This document shows, piece by piece, positions 28,401 through 40,100 of a DNA stretch of 64,000 bases; the stretch's first letter is position 1; every line of letters begins with the position of its first letter. A model generated the notes under the pieces. That model was not told the DNA's origin. It saw nothing but the letters and a program-made list of their open reading frames with translations, and did not search any database. The position numbers and the translations under genes were made by a program. Source of the stretch: Leucoraja ocellata (taxonomy: Eukaryota); contig JAWMAR010000033.1 in assembly GCA_036785375.1 (NCBI GenBank), positions 10,292,001 to 10,356,000 of the forward strand, given 5' to 3'.

Positions 28401-31400
28401 CTTGTCCCGCTGTCTACTCCAGCATTTTGTGTCTACCTTCTTTATCACTGCAACTGTTTCAAGCCTCAAGTGCTGTAGAATATATTGGTCTCCCCTTCAT
28501 CAGGACAACCCAGAAGGAATGAATTTTCCTGATGACCAATAGATGGATACCCAGGAATAGAGTTGAGATTTGATGCATTGCATACAGTTGTAAATCACTG
28601 AGTAAATCAGTTCAGAAGAAAACCGTATGCTCAGGTCCATATTAGGAAAGACGAAATATTCCCAACATGGGCATTTCAATGTCGAGTCATGGCTCTGAGT
28701 CATGAATTAAAAGGATAGTCATATTAATATCTTCTACGTTCTAACCAAACATACATGAGGTGTTTGTGAGGAAACCTGCTCAATTTGCTGGCATAACGTC
28801 TCCTTTACCTGGAAGTCCTGTGGTTTGCTTGAGATGTTCTTATTGAATTTTGAGGTTCCCCTTCCTGTATCTTGTTCTGGAGGCAACGGTGGGGGTCTTG
28901 CTGCAGGGTCTGGAATTCCACTGATGTTTGTTACAGATGGCGGCTGTTGGGGTTTACCTAAAAATGAACACCTTGGTCAGCCACGCAAGCACACATATAC
29001 AAGCATACATATTCTGCATTGGAGAACAGGCAGGAGAGTGTAGCCATGATCTAACTGAATGGTGGAACTAACTCAAGAGAACAAAAGGCCTCCTCCTGCT
29101 CATACTTCACATCCATACAGCAAAAAAACACACAAACAACTTTAATTTTGGTCTGGATTTGAAACTTTATCTGCTATCTTTCTTTAGCATCTAAGCTTTA
29201 CCTTCCTTAAGAATTTCTCAGTTAACATGTTTGCATATACTGAGGGGGTCTATTAACTCGTTTATCCGACTAACCTCATACTTTGCAGCTGAGATGGTTC
29301 TGAAACGAAACCATTTACTATGGGCAGCATTAACATGCCTCATGTGATTTAGTAATTTGCATTTCGGTATATTCTTTTAAGTTCTCAAAGTAATTTGTGA
29401 TTATAGTCACTATTTTCAACTCACAATTTATAAACAAATGTCATAAAGTCTCTTCACTTACCATCTTCCTTATGTTTTTTATCAGTTCTGGGCGCATCAT
29501 AGATTATGTCAAAACTTATTGTGTTCTAGTAATAAAAGGGAGATGAATATCAGTTATATTTACAGCAGTTGTAGTTCCTCTGTCCCAGCAATCTCTTGCA
29601 GGGATTAGGACCATGAGCAACCTCCACAGGATTGAGCTTCAGAACTCAATAGTTTATCGATGCGCATCCATGTTGGGCCTCAAGTGACGTTCCTTCTGAA
29701 TCCCTACACCTTGTACAAGGTATATCAGAAATACGATGGAATACCCTCCACCTACCCAGGTGAGCCTCACTCCATCAACATCCACAAAACCTAAACAGCA
29801 GGCAACCCAGAGCAACCATATTGATTTATATCAATACATTAGCTTGGCAGTGGTGCAGTTAGTAGAGCTGCTGCTCTACCAACAGCTCTACCAACGTTCA
29901 ACCTTGATCTCAGGTGCTGTCTGAGTGGAGTTTGCACGTTCACTCTGTGACTTTAGCAAGGCCTTTGACAAGATCCACATGGTAGTCTAGTCAGAAGGTT
30001 AGATCACATGGTAAGCTAGCCAAATGGATGATTCGGTACGAGTTTGGATCCCAGCAGCAGTAATTTTTTAGGTACAAAAAAAGTTGTCAAGGGGTTACCT
30101 TCGTTTTTTGTTTGTTTTTATCCAGCAGAGGAATTTGATTGAAGGATAAAATTTTGTTTTTTTCCCCAATCAGACCTCCAAGTCGGACAACAGTGGACCC
30201 AACAAGCCTAAGGGGAAACAAGCAAAATAAATTCCAGTCACAATTACTGTTGAACACATCATTCCTGCCACAAAAGGTAAAACCAACTTATAAGAATGTT
30301 GCTGACAATGTCATAGTATGAAAGAGCAAAGGAGACAAAACATTTAACCCAAGAGAACTTTACTTGTGCTGTGCAAGAACTAATTAACTGATTTCCCCTG
30401 CTATTTTACCCACAGCGCTACTAATATTTATCCAATGTCCTTGTACATTTCAGATCATAGCAACCAGCAGGATCCAAAGATTTAACCTATTTTTTTTTAT
30501 AACTCATGCCTTTTGATTAGCAAACCTTTTGACTATAGAACCTGTTTCTATTTAACCAAAACCCAATTGTATTTAAGCAAGTATCATACAAAACTTTGAA
30601 AGATTAGCCAAATGTTTGTACTTACTTCAGCACCAAGTTCTGGGCCAATCTGCAAAGCATTGCACTGTCAGACATGCTGTAATTTGGACCAGGCATAATT
30701 TACCAATTCATATATAAAACATTACTTAAGGCACAGCTGGAGTAACATGTTATCTCCTGTAACACATCTGGCCAACACATTATCTGTGCAGAAGATATTC
30801 ATCAGGATAAAACAAAATACAAAGTGCTGGAGTAACTCAGCGGTTCAGGTAGTATCCCTGGAGAATATGGATAGGTGATGTTTTGGGTTGGGACCCTTTC
30901 TACATGTTCATCTGGATGTTGCCTGGGTTTGGGCTATAAGGAGAGACTGGATACGCTGAGTTTGTTTCCCCATGAGTGGAGAAAGCTGTGAGACCCGTTG
31001 GACAAAATTATGTTGGGCTAATATCACAGCAATCTTTTTTCCATACCAAAGATGTCTATAACTGAAGACATAGTTTTAAAGTAAGGAGCAGGAGATTTAA
31101 AGGGTTTTGAAGAAGAACGCTTTAAAGCAAAGTGTGAATGAAATCTAGAACACACTGCCCAAAGAAGTTGGTTAAGTAGGCAGGTACTCTCATAATATTT
31201 AAGAAATATTTAGATCAGTACCTGAAGTCTCATGGCACAGAGGACTATGGGCAGAATGCTGGAACATGGGATTGGTGTAGATACTTGATAGCCAGCTCTG
31301 ACATGGCTGCCTGAAAGCCTACGTATGTGATGCATGACTCCTCTTTGTGACGCTTATCAAGGGAACACTAAATATCCTATATTGATATTCAAAGCAGCAA

Positions 31401-34400
31401 CAGACCACTATTCAGCTGAACACACTTGCTATGTTTAAAATATCCAGTGCATTCATCTAAACACCAAGTGTGATAATATACTGGTGACGCGCTTGATGGT
31501 CCAGATATGTTTCTAGGAGTGAGAATGCTAAAGGAATCATCACTGAGAAGATCTTGCGACGTTTTATGGAGAGTGAGAGTGAGAAAGATGGGTCACTGAG
31601 TTAGCGGCTATGAAAGAAATCCTGCAGAGAATGGAGGAATATGCATCCCTGTGCAGGCAGAAGGAACTAATTTAAGTTGGCATCATGTTCAGCATAGACA
31701 TTGTGGGCCAGATGGCGTATTCCTGTGCTGTTTTATATCATGTCATTTTTCCAATCAAATTGCTCACTCATTCCTTTTGACTTTTTGCCTCTTGGCTTTA
31801 CTGAACAACCCTGTTGATTCATTTGGAGACTATTTGCCTTTGTATTTCCTGTTCTGGTTACTCAGCAGCTCTAGCACCTGCTGTGTTCTTGTGACCACCT
31901 TGACTATTTACAAGGCTTGGACGTTTACAGGGTACCCAGTCAATGTTTACAGATCCCACATGCTAAGATCACCAGCTTATATTATAGAACACTGGCCGAG
32001 GAGTTAGATAATATCTCCATAAAGCGCAGAACAATGTTACCTGCTCTTTCCACTTTTGCCATTTTCTTTCACGTGAATCTGCAGAGAGGATTTTGTATCT
32101 AAAGGATTTCCTTTCAACTTAAAGTCTAGTTTCTAATAACAAGAAGGAAAAAATAAATATAATTTTTAATGTTAACAACAAATGGCTTTCAAATGTGGTT
32201 GCCTTCCTCCACCTCACCCAAGACTGCCCACACATCCCCAAGTCATCTACACCCAAGTCCTCCCTTCACTTCAGCTTATGCTGCCAATGCATTTCATCTT
32301 ATGCTCTTATCCTTGTCTGCCTTGTGCTCTCTACCTATCCCACCCATTATTGCAACATTTTCCTCCCCACCATTACCATCAAGTGCATTCCTCCCCCCAG
32401 TGTTGCTGCATTCTCCCTCCTTTTCTCAACATATATCTTACATCACAACTGCTCATCCAAACACCAACCCACCTCTCCCACCCAGTTGCAATGTACACCA
32501 AATTCCTCTCCTGCTCAGTTGAATTAAACTTCACACTACTGCCTGAACACAATTCTCTCGTTGACCACATGTTGGCAGAAGTCACCCTGCGCCATTATCA
32601 TTCTATGCATCCACCATCTTACCAGATTAAACCCATCCCTCTCTGCCTCACCCATGTAATCATGACATGCACGCACCCACCCTGATCAATGATCATCTGT
32701 GTCACGGATAAGATTTGATTTTTATCTTAATCCAGAATAAGCAGTTTACTATACATGTCGGTCAAATCGTCTGCAATGACTCCAGAAAATGGTGGATCCC
32801 TTTTAAACTTTCATTAATAATACCTCGTGTTCATGCCATATTAAATGAAGCCTTTGCAAATTTGTGGGTACAGCTTTAAAGTTTCAAATTATGTGGAGCT
32901 TCTCATCTTGCTATTGCCTTTCCACTTACATCGTTCCATCGTACAGTAACATCTTCCTCTGATAAGCCTGTTCTCTTCTTATTACCTAGAAAATGTGTTA
33001 CAGTTATTCAATGTTACGTACAGCTCAATCCAATTACATTCCTGATTTATGAATGATTGAAAAGGTTTGGGGAGTAAGGATATGATCAATTCACAGCAGG
33101 ATATAAAGCGTGTGATTTGGCTTCGTATCTGAAGAGTTTGTGTGGCTGATCCAGTTAAGCTTCAAGTTGAGTGTCACATGGAGATCGCTCTACCATTGGC
33201 AAATTTACTGTTAATAGCTAAATCAGTATTGATTAACAGGAAGGCTACGGAGCCCATCTATTCTGAGAAATTTAAATGAGATAACGCAAAGTAATATTTA
33301 GCAGACACACTAATAAATAAATATATTTGCACGTTAACAAGAGAATTTCTAAAATGATACAATTCAAAAATCATATAAACTCATGAATAGAACAATGTTT
33401 ACCAGAAATTTGAAACAAAATAGACAATAGATGCAGGAGTAGGCCATTCAGCCCTTCGAGCCAGCACCGCCATTCAATATGATACAAATCAAAATGTACA
33501 ATTCTGATCTCCATGATTAGAATAGACATGTACCAGATAAATTACAAGAATAATTTACAAGAATGATACAAAAATAGAGAGGTAAAAACTAAACAAGTTG
33601 AGTGCTCCGCTTTCTAGGAAACAAAAGTTGAGGAATTGAGAATGATCCTTAAATTCAATCGAGTGCATACATGTTTTTCATTTGTGCAGGAATCCAAAAC
33701 TAAGACAACAGTCAATAATAAATCCATTGTGAAATAAGAAGAAATGTATTTACCTAGATGGTGGTGAGAATGTGGAATTCAATACCACAGGAAATAGTAC
33801 TCAACAGGGATTAGCAAAGATGCATTTAAGTGAAATCTAACAAAATAGATGAGAGGGAAATGGGGTATGCTGGCAGAGTGATTTTAATGAGAGGTCCCCA
33901 AATTTTATTCTCATTTATTGCAACAGGAAGGCCCTGGGAACCTGTTTAAATCAGAAAGCTAAAACTACAGGGTCAAGGGTGATTTTTGGAAACAACTACA
34001 AATAATTCAGAAGGAAGATAACTGGACCAATAAAGCAGCATTTTCTCAGTATTTACAACTGTTTATTACCAGATTCGCGGAGTGCACTTGTACTTTCCAT
34101 GTCAATGGGTTCATAACGTGTCAGAGTTACATTCTCCAGGTGTACAAATGGAAAGAATGCTACCAATTTATTAATGATCTCCTAATGAATGCAGGCGAGG
34201 GTCATTTATTTTTACACATTGTTTTCTCAAAGGGAAGCAGAGGAATGTTTTAAATCAAGAAGCAGATTAATTGGTTACTGTAAGTTACCTCTGGCGCTCG
34301 TGGATGGAATGAGAGTCAGGGGGAGTTAACGGTAAATAAATAGAAGAATAAGACTAATGAGACTGCTCAAAGAGCTGGCACAGACTTAATGGGCCTGCCA

Positions 34401-35415
34401 AGTCCTAAGAAAATATGCGATATATTCTTTATAAGCAAGGGAGTTGTAGTTAATGGATTGGCATGAATGTAAACAATCAGAGGTAATAATCAGGATAGCC
34501 ATGAAATCAGTATTTGACTGTCACCCCTCTCTATGCCTCTCATAATTTTATTTGCTTCTATCGGGTCTTCGGGTTGAGATTGAAAGGGTATTTCTCCAAA
34601 CATTTTGCTTTAATATAACTTGTCCAATATGGAATCTGCCTTCCAACTAAAATACTCCCAATTCTTACATTTCACTAGTAACTTGCATTTATAATGCTGT
34701 TTATAATAAAGAAAATCCCAAGGGTCTTAAATAAAATCCAATCGCCAATGAAGGCGGCTATTAAGAGAATGGAAAGTGTTATTTGAAGGCTATTAAGAGA
34801 ATGGAAAATGTTATTATTATGGAATTCAACAGAGACATGCCAAAGTTATCTAAAAACACAAGAAAGTGCAGATGTTGACGAAAAAAATTCTGGATGATTG
34901 AAGCTGGCGGATCTGCAAACGTATAGATATTGTAAGTAGGTGGAAATATAGGGCCAAGGGGTGGTGTCAGGAGTTATGGGGAGAATGGGGTTGAGGGGAA
35001 GAATTAGATCTGCCATGATTGAATGGCGGAATAGACTTGATGGACCGAATGGCCTAATTCTGCTCCTATCACACGGATTTATGAAGAGGGAGATTTCGAA
35101 AAGAGTAATTGCAACATCATAGGGCTGAATGACCATTATTGCAGTGGTCCAATGTTAAGGGGGATAGTTTCGAGAGGAGACTAGGTTCCACACAGAAGTG
35201 ACTCAGTGTATGATAACTAGATGGTAACTGCTCGGGATTTCGCCCAGTGGCCAGAGGGGTGGTTGTCAGTGGCTGGACGGCCTTGACCGGCGATTGCCGA
35301 GGGTGATGTGGGGAGCACGGCTCACCCCCTCGTCTCCCTCACCTCTGAAGATTACGGTCACATAGACTCGGGAACTCTGGATCCTGGAGACGGACAGCCC
35401 TCCAACCTGGAGCAT
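1420..35415 (-). CDS. FER1L5: DysF-containing (type I) ferlin, FER1L5-like; first 33 coding exons, 3' part continues beyond the window start
   Basis: Hand-spliced GT-AG exons in transcript order: 35343-35415 (ATG), 32930-32985, 32041-32132, 30099-30207, 29462-29525, 28809-28957, 28027-28155, 27548-27610, 26696-26746, 26420-26450, 25300-25415, 24770-24893, 22815-22918, 21132-21200, 20716-20759, 20394-20470, 19690-19805, 19178-19291, 17506-17683, 16600-16724, 15778-15878, 14325-14517, 11619-11774, 10925-11056, 9580-9743, 8748-8862, 8044-8146, 6894-7030, 5897-6064, 4965-5076, 3457-3534, 2775-2956, 1420-1578. Total 3684 nt, open, phases consistent. Ferlin motifs: [71 protein letters not shown], nested DysF ([15 protein letters not shown]; [23 protein letters not shown]), [18 protein letters not shown]. 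Ferlin family is near certain. FER1L5 over DYSF/MYOF rests on IFFQNFH, overall divergence and adjacency to ANKRD39. Confidence 0.8.
2420..2730. mobile_element. Penelope-derived short repeats (GCTGGAGTAACTCAG family), in inverted pairs
   Basis: The same family recurs at about 5105-5170, 10310-10395, 28340-28440, 30815-30920, 39365-39550, 41030-41255, 44775-44960, 46860-46955, 47675-47790, 48770-48830, 55540-55630, 61965-62050, 62855-63000 and 63705-63825. Confidence 0.65.
3974..4349. mobile_element. Foldback MITE (PIF/Harbinger-like TIR), almost fully palindromic
   Basis: AAGGGCCTGTCCCACTT ... AAGTGGGACAGGCCCTT flanked by TA on both sides. The arms are complementary over roughly 170 bp, which gives mirror ORFs on the two strands. 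Confidence 0.85.
4630..4830 (+). mobile_element. Non-LTR retroelement 3' tail ending in (GTATCTT)3
   Basis: Poly-G, a hairpin tttggacc..ggtccaaa, then aatgacaattaaatgtatcttgtatcttgtatcttg. Confidence 0.5.
5440..5624 (+). mobile_element. LINE 3' end with (ATT)n tail; second copy at about 17290-17478
   Basis: Both copies share gtaaggtgtccttgaga..gaaaggcgccc..aaataaaatttattattatt. Confidence 0.65.
15380..15610 (-). mobile_element. V-SINE/HE1-like tRNA-derived SINE
   Basis: gccaattaacctacaaacctgcacatctttgggatgtgg..aaaccggagcacccagaggaaacccatgcagtcacaggga. Related copies at about 5625-5750, 7690-7875, 10455-10570, 11090-11240, 14695-14820, 23035-23160 and 29845-29950. Confidence 0.7.
17740..18070 (-). 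mobile_element. CR1-type LINE 3' fragment
   Basis: Reverse complement of the ..[13 protein letters not shown].. tail plus the 3' hairpin region. Confidence 0.75.
18700..18945 (+). mobile_element. CR1-type LINE 3' fragment with (TTTCTATG) tail
   Basis: cacacagagagtggtgaatctctggaactctctgccacagagggtagttgaggcc ([19 protein letters not shown]), ending atttctatgtttctatgtttcta. Confidence 0.8.
21549..22346 (+). mobile_element. Complete non-autonomous Helitron (798 bp)
   Basis: 5' end A|TCTATATAATTAAAAG. 3' hairpin TGGGACCC-aac-GGGTCCCA at 22318-22336, followed by CTAG|T. It sits between A and T with no TSD, which are the canonical Helitron hallmarks. Confidence 0.8.
23165..23585 (-). mobile_element. 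CR1-type LINE 3' fragment
   Basis: ORF track 23242-23466 reads ..[38 protein letters not shown]. Similar fragments at about 12185-12320, 27250-27425, 30930-31330 and 37690-37820. Confidence 0.8.
23928..24069 (+). mobile_element. 5'-truncated retroposon with (GAA)n tail and 12-bp TSD
   Basis: TSD AGATGGACTAGT at 23916-23927 and 24070-24081. The body matches the copy at 41505-41650. Confidence 0.75.
24960..25225 (+). mobile_element. Rex1/Babar-type LINE 3' fragment
   Basis: ORF track reads [64 protein letters not shown]. Related pieces at about 25510-25680 (-), 43745-43865 (-) and 49100-49460 (+). Confidence 0.85.
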
Positions 35416-35539
35416 CTTCAGCCGCCAGCCACGTCTCCAGGTGATGAGTGCGCGGTGCCTTCCATTTCCCTCCTCCGGCGGGGCCGGTAACCCGAGAGGA
35501 GGGACACGGCCATTCGAAGGGCAGGCGTAACAAAGGGCG

Positions 35540-36195
35540 CCATGTGACAAGGCCGCATGGGCCCGGGCAACGCGACGCGACGGCGGACAACAACCGCCCG
35601 ACGGAGCCCGGGCAACGGGCCACGTGGCGGGGGGAGGCAACGGGGCACGTGACGGGGGGGGAGCCCGGGCAACGTGACGGGGGAACCCAGGCAACGTGAC
35701 GGGGGGAGGCAACGGGGCACGTGACGGGGGGATTCCGGGCAACGTGACGGGGGGATTCCGGGTAACGGACCACGTGACGAGGGGAGTCCGGGCCACGTGA
35801 CGCGCGGGGGGAATCCCGGGCAACGGACCACGTGACGGGTGGAGTCAGGGCAACGTGACGGGGGGGGGGGGGAGTCCGGGCAACGTGACGGGGGGAGGCA
35901 ACGGGGCACGTGACGGGGGGGATTCCGGGTAACGAACCACGTGACGAGGGGAGTCCGGGCCACGTGACGCGCGGAGTCCGGGCCACGTGACGCGCGGGGA
36001 ATCCCGGGCAACGGACCACGTGACGGGTGGAGCCCGGGCAACTGACCACGTGACGAGGGGAGCCACCCGGCAAAGGGGCTGCATGTGCCCCACGTGATGG
36101 GGGGGCAGTGAGGGTGAAGGCAAGAAGCGGCAACGACGCCCGTGTCACGTGGGATGCCCGTGTCCCGGGCCTACTACGACCATGTGACGCGGGAT
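35540..36195. promoter_or_regulatory. GC/CpG-rich degenerate tandem repeat just upstream of the ferlin ATG; probable promoter CpG island with E-box array
   Basis: About 20 copies of a (C/A)ACGTGACG core in 20-30 bp units, interleaved with GGGCAAC/GGGTAAC. It starts about 125 bp upstream of the ATG at 35415. Confidence 0.7.
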
Positions 36196-37195
36196 GGACA
36201 CGACCAATCTTTGGACACGACAACCTTCGACGACAACACGGTGAGGGAAGCTTTAAGACATAAACACTCGAGGCGAGACATCTGAAGACTGATAAATCTT
36301 TTTTTAAATAACACTACTGTTCTTTGAGGAACCAGCAGACAAGGTCTTGGCTGAACATTTCATGCTGAAGTCTGCATTCCTGTCATTGGAATCATTCCTC
36401 AGCATGGTCCTGATCGATCAGAGCATTATTTTGTGCTAAAATCTCTGGACCAGAAATTGAACTATAATCATCTGAAACAAAGGCATGAGTGGCACTGATT
36501 GCCAAATGATTCTAAAGGGTCTCAACTCACTTATCAATTCCTTCTTTTCTGTCGAACTTATCAAGCTTACAAAATGTGGACTTTTGCTAACCCCTTTCCC
36601 AGGAAAACCTGCCTTCTGTCAAACCAAATTCTGAAAATCTGCTCAGATCTTACTTTACACATTTGTTGCTATTTATGACACAGATTTATGTCACAAAGTT
36701 TTAAATTGTACTTTGAGTCTAGCAGTCTACCAATCTTACAGTCAGGTTTGAAGAAATTGCATCTCAAATGGTTCATTTTGGTTAGGATCAACTGCAGAGA
36801 CTGGTAGCAAAGATGAAAAAGTAAGATGAAACGTGGAAAAATAAAACAGTGGATAAGAATAGCCCACTAATTTGAAATTTTAATACCTTAAAATATCAGT
36901 CTGTATGAGCAGGATAAAATAAAGTAGTAGCAACTTGGTTGTTACATTACTGAATTTAGTAACCCAGAAAATTATAGTCATCAGTTGACCCTCAGCAATA
37001 TGGGAGCTGGATGCAGATATTTTTGTAAATCACCCACAAGTTGATCAGCACATCAAGTCACGTAAGCCTGGCAATCCACCAGACAAAAAACTCCAACGTG
37101 ACTTATAAATGAAGGACATTGTTACTTTTACAAAATCTATAGTCGATGTTGGAAGTGCTGTATTGGCAGGGGATATTAAATCCAGAAAATGGTTT

Positions 37196-40100
37196 TCACG
37201 TTAACTTCCTGGGCTGCAGATGTTCCTTCAAAGTTGGATGGTCTGTCACCAGATCATGAGGTGCTCTGGACCTTCTGTCCTTTATTGTCCTTAGAGCAGG
37301 ATTCTCCTTGAGCAAAACATCGCACACCTCCTGATGACCCCTTTCTGCAGCCTGTGGATAAAAGACATATTGCTTGTAAAGATAAGTTTAATTTCACTCA
37401 AAAAGCCACCTTCTATGCATGGACTTGGCTAATGTAAATTGATGATCTGGGGAAGCAGAGTGGGAGATTTGCTAAAACAGATCAAGAAGAATATTCCCTG
37501 AAGTACACAGACCTCCATTAATACCCAAGATGTTTCTTGCATCTGATGAAAGATTTTGGATCTGAAGCTTTAACTGTTTCTCTTTCCCCATTTATTCTTA
37601 TTTCAGATTTTCCAGCACCTACAAATCTTTGATTTTCATGTCTTCCACATGCTCTTCTAAATTAGCACAAAGCTCAAATTAGCCCTATAGCCCAAGCAGC
37701 ATTCTAGTAAATCTCCTCTGCACCCTCTCGAAAGCCTCCATATCTTTCCTGTGATGGGGCAAACCGAACTGCATACAATATTCCAAATGCGGCCTAACCA
37801 AAGTCCGATAGAGCTGCATCATATTATTGGATGTGCATACTTAGATTTAACCAGTATAAAGATCTGCTTACTGAATCCCTTATGTTGCAATAAGGATAAA
37901 CAGAAAGCTTGCATTTTTGCCTATTATTATTAAAATATGCTATTGAGGCAAGAAACAGCTTGCAGCTCCACCAAGTGGTCGTATCCATGACATTCAGAAT
38001 TATATTGCACATTTAACAGACAAAAACATCCTAAGTCACAAACGGAAACATATACAACAAAATCTGACATCGATCTATGCAAGGAACCTTCAGGGCATAT
38101 TACATGTAAGTTGGTTAAAGAGGTAGATTTGGAAAAACATCTTGGGAGGAAAACGACAAAAGGTCTAGGGAGGGAATTCCAGAGCTTGGGCCTTGGACAT
38201 TTAAAGATATCAAAGCAGCCAGCATCATTATTACCCCATCAGGATAGAGGAATTTGCAGATATAGAGAGAGACTATGCCGCAAAGCAATGTGAAAACATG
38301 GTTGGCAACTTGAGGTACTGAATAACTAGGAGCCAATAAACGGCAGCAATGAGTGAGTCAAGCCTAGAGGCAGCGCTCTGGGGGGGGGGGGGGAGGGGGG
38401 GGGGGGGAGGGGGGGGGGAGGACAAAAATTAATTAACCTTAACCACAGTGTCTGCTGTAACTGTAAACATGACACTGCTTTAAAAAAGGACTAACGAATG
38501 ACAGCAGAATATGGGCTGACAGTAGCATCAACGTATGTACCTTGTGTAGAGGAGTTGCGCCGTCATCATCTGTGATAGCAGGGGTGGCTCCATAGGACAG
38601 CAGCAGCTTGAGCACAGGGAGGTGGCCACAGTAGGCAGCTCTGTGAAGTGGAGTTGCCCCTCCTTTAGTCTGAGCATTACTGTTTGCTCCATTCTTCAGC
38701 AGATACTCGCAGATCTTATAATCACCACGGCGACTGGCATAGTGCTTTGAATAAAAGTACAGAGATAATTTGGACGGAGTATTCAGTGGAAATATAAATC
38801 TTCCTGCCTATAATTATCTTCCCCTTTCTACTGAATCTACTAGTTTTTTAAAATAAATGATAAACCCACATGACCTATCCTTCCCATGATGTCTCCATGA
38901 AAGAGCCCAATAGTTGTTCCAACTGTTCCACAGACTATGGTAAATGTATCCAATACAGGAATTATCATTCCCTTTTGAAAGTGACTTGTTTAGCTTCCTC
39001 CATGCCTGCAATCCAGACACTTACATTCTTCTTTAAAACCTTCCAACTTGCATTAGTTCAGAGAAAAATCTTTCTTCCCTACAACTGCACTCTGTGCCAT
39101 GTGCAAAATTTATGTCATTTTCTCATCTAACCTATCGTGAGAGCACTTCTCAGGCACCAAGGGGGCAAGGACAGCAGGCTGATGGGAATATCGTGAGTTA
39201 TATAGTATGGAACAGGCCATTCAAACCCAACACATCCATACTAACCAATGGAAATATTTGGACTTGAAAAATAAATTGCTGTTCCTTCTCCATTGCACAG
39301 CGTAAATACTGGAACACACTACCCAAAGCATTGCCCACATCCTGAACAAAACAAAAGGAAAAACTAGATAGACACAAAATGCTGGACATGCAACATCTCT
39401 GGAAAGAAGGAATGGGTCGAGAGCCTCCTTCAGACCCGAAATTGCAGACCTGAAACATCACTCATTCCTCTCCAGCGATGCTGTCCGTCCTGCTGAGTTA
39501 CTCCAGCATTTTGTGTCTATCCTCAGTGTTAACCAGCATCTTCAGTTCCTTTTTACAAAAAAAAACCGTACATTCTTAATTCTATTGAAGCCTCCTGTTA
39601 ACTGGTCCGCAGTGCTCGAAGGGGAACTCTAGCTTCTCTTCCTGGATAACTTCACTTCCTCATCTCTGAAACCATAGTGCAAAATCTTCACATGGTCCTC
39701 TAATGCCATAACATGCTTCCAATAGCGCGATGTGTGGAATTAGTAACAATATTTCATCTCAAAGCTTTTTTTTTTAAATAAAAGTTGAGGATAACCTTTT
39801 TGCTGTCATACTCAATGATTTCATTCATAAAACAAGGGCTGCAAATGCTTTTCTAAACAATCTTCTTATCCTTTTTCGTCCTTTTGCAGAGATTCAAGTA
39901 AAAGCCCTGGGACATGATCACAGTGAATGGTGATGCTGGCTCGAAGGGCTGAATGGCCTACTCCTGCACCAATTGTCTATTGACAGACATTCACCTGGTT
40001 TTTCATGTCTTTGAGTGATCAATTTAAAAATAGCATGGAAAGGTTAACCTGGATGAAAAATACCTTCAAAGAAAACTTGAGGAACAAATGTTTACCCTGC

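Noticed and set aside
34755-34815. About 31-bp direct duplication ggctattaagagaatggaaa
   Set aside because: A simple local slippage duplication with no further structure.
1420-35415. Calling the ferlin DYSF or MYOF
   Set aside because: It is too diverged from these conserved proteins as I recall them, and IFFQNFH plus ANKRD39 adjacency favour FER1L5. They are not formally excluded without a tree.
35266-36223. Long Pro/Arg-rich ORFs (185-294 aa) in several frames
   Set aside because: They are by-products of a GC-rich tandem repeat lacking stops. Only 35343-35415 fits the ferlin splice model.
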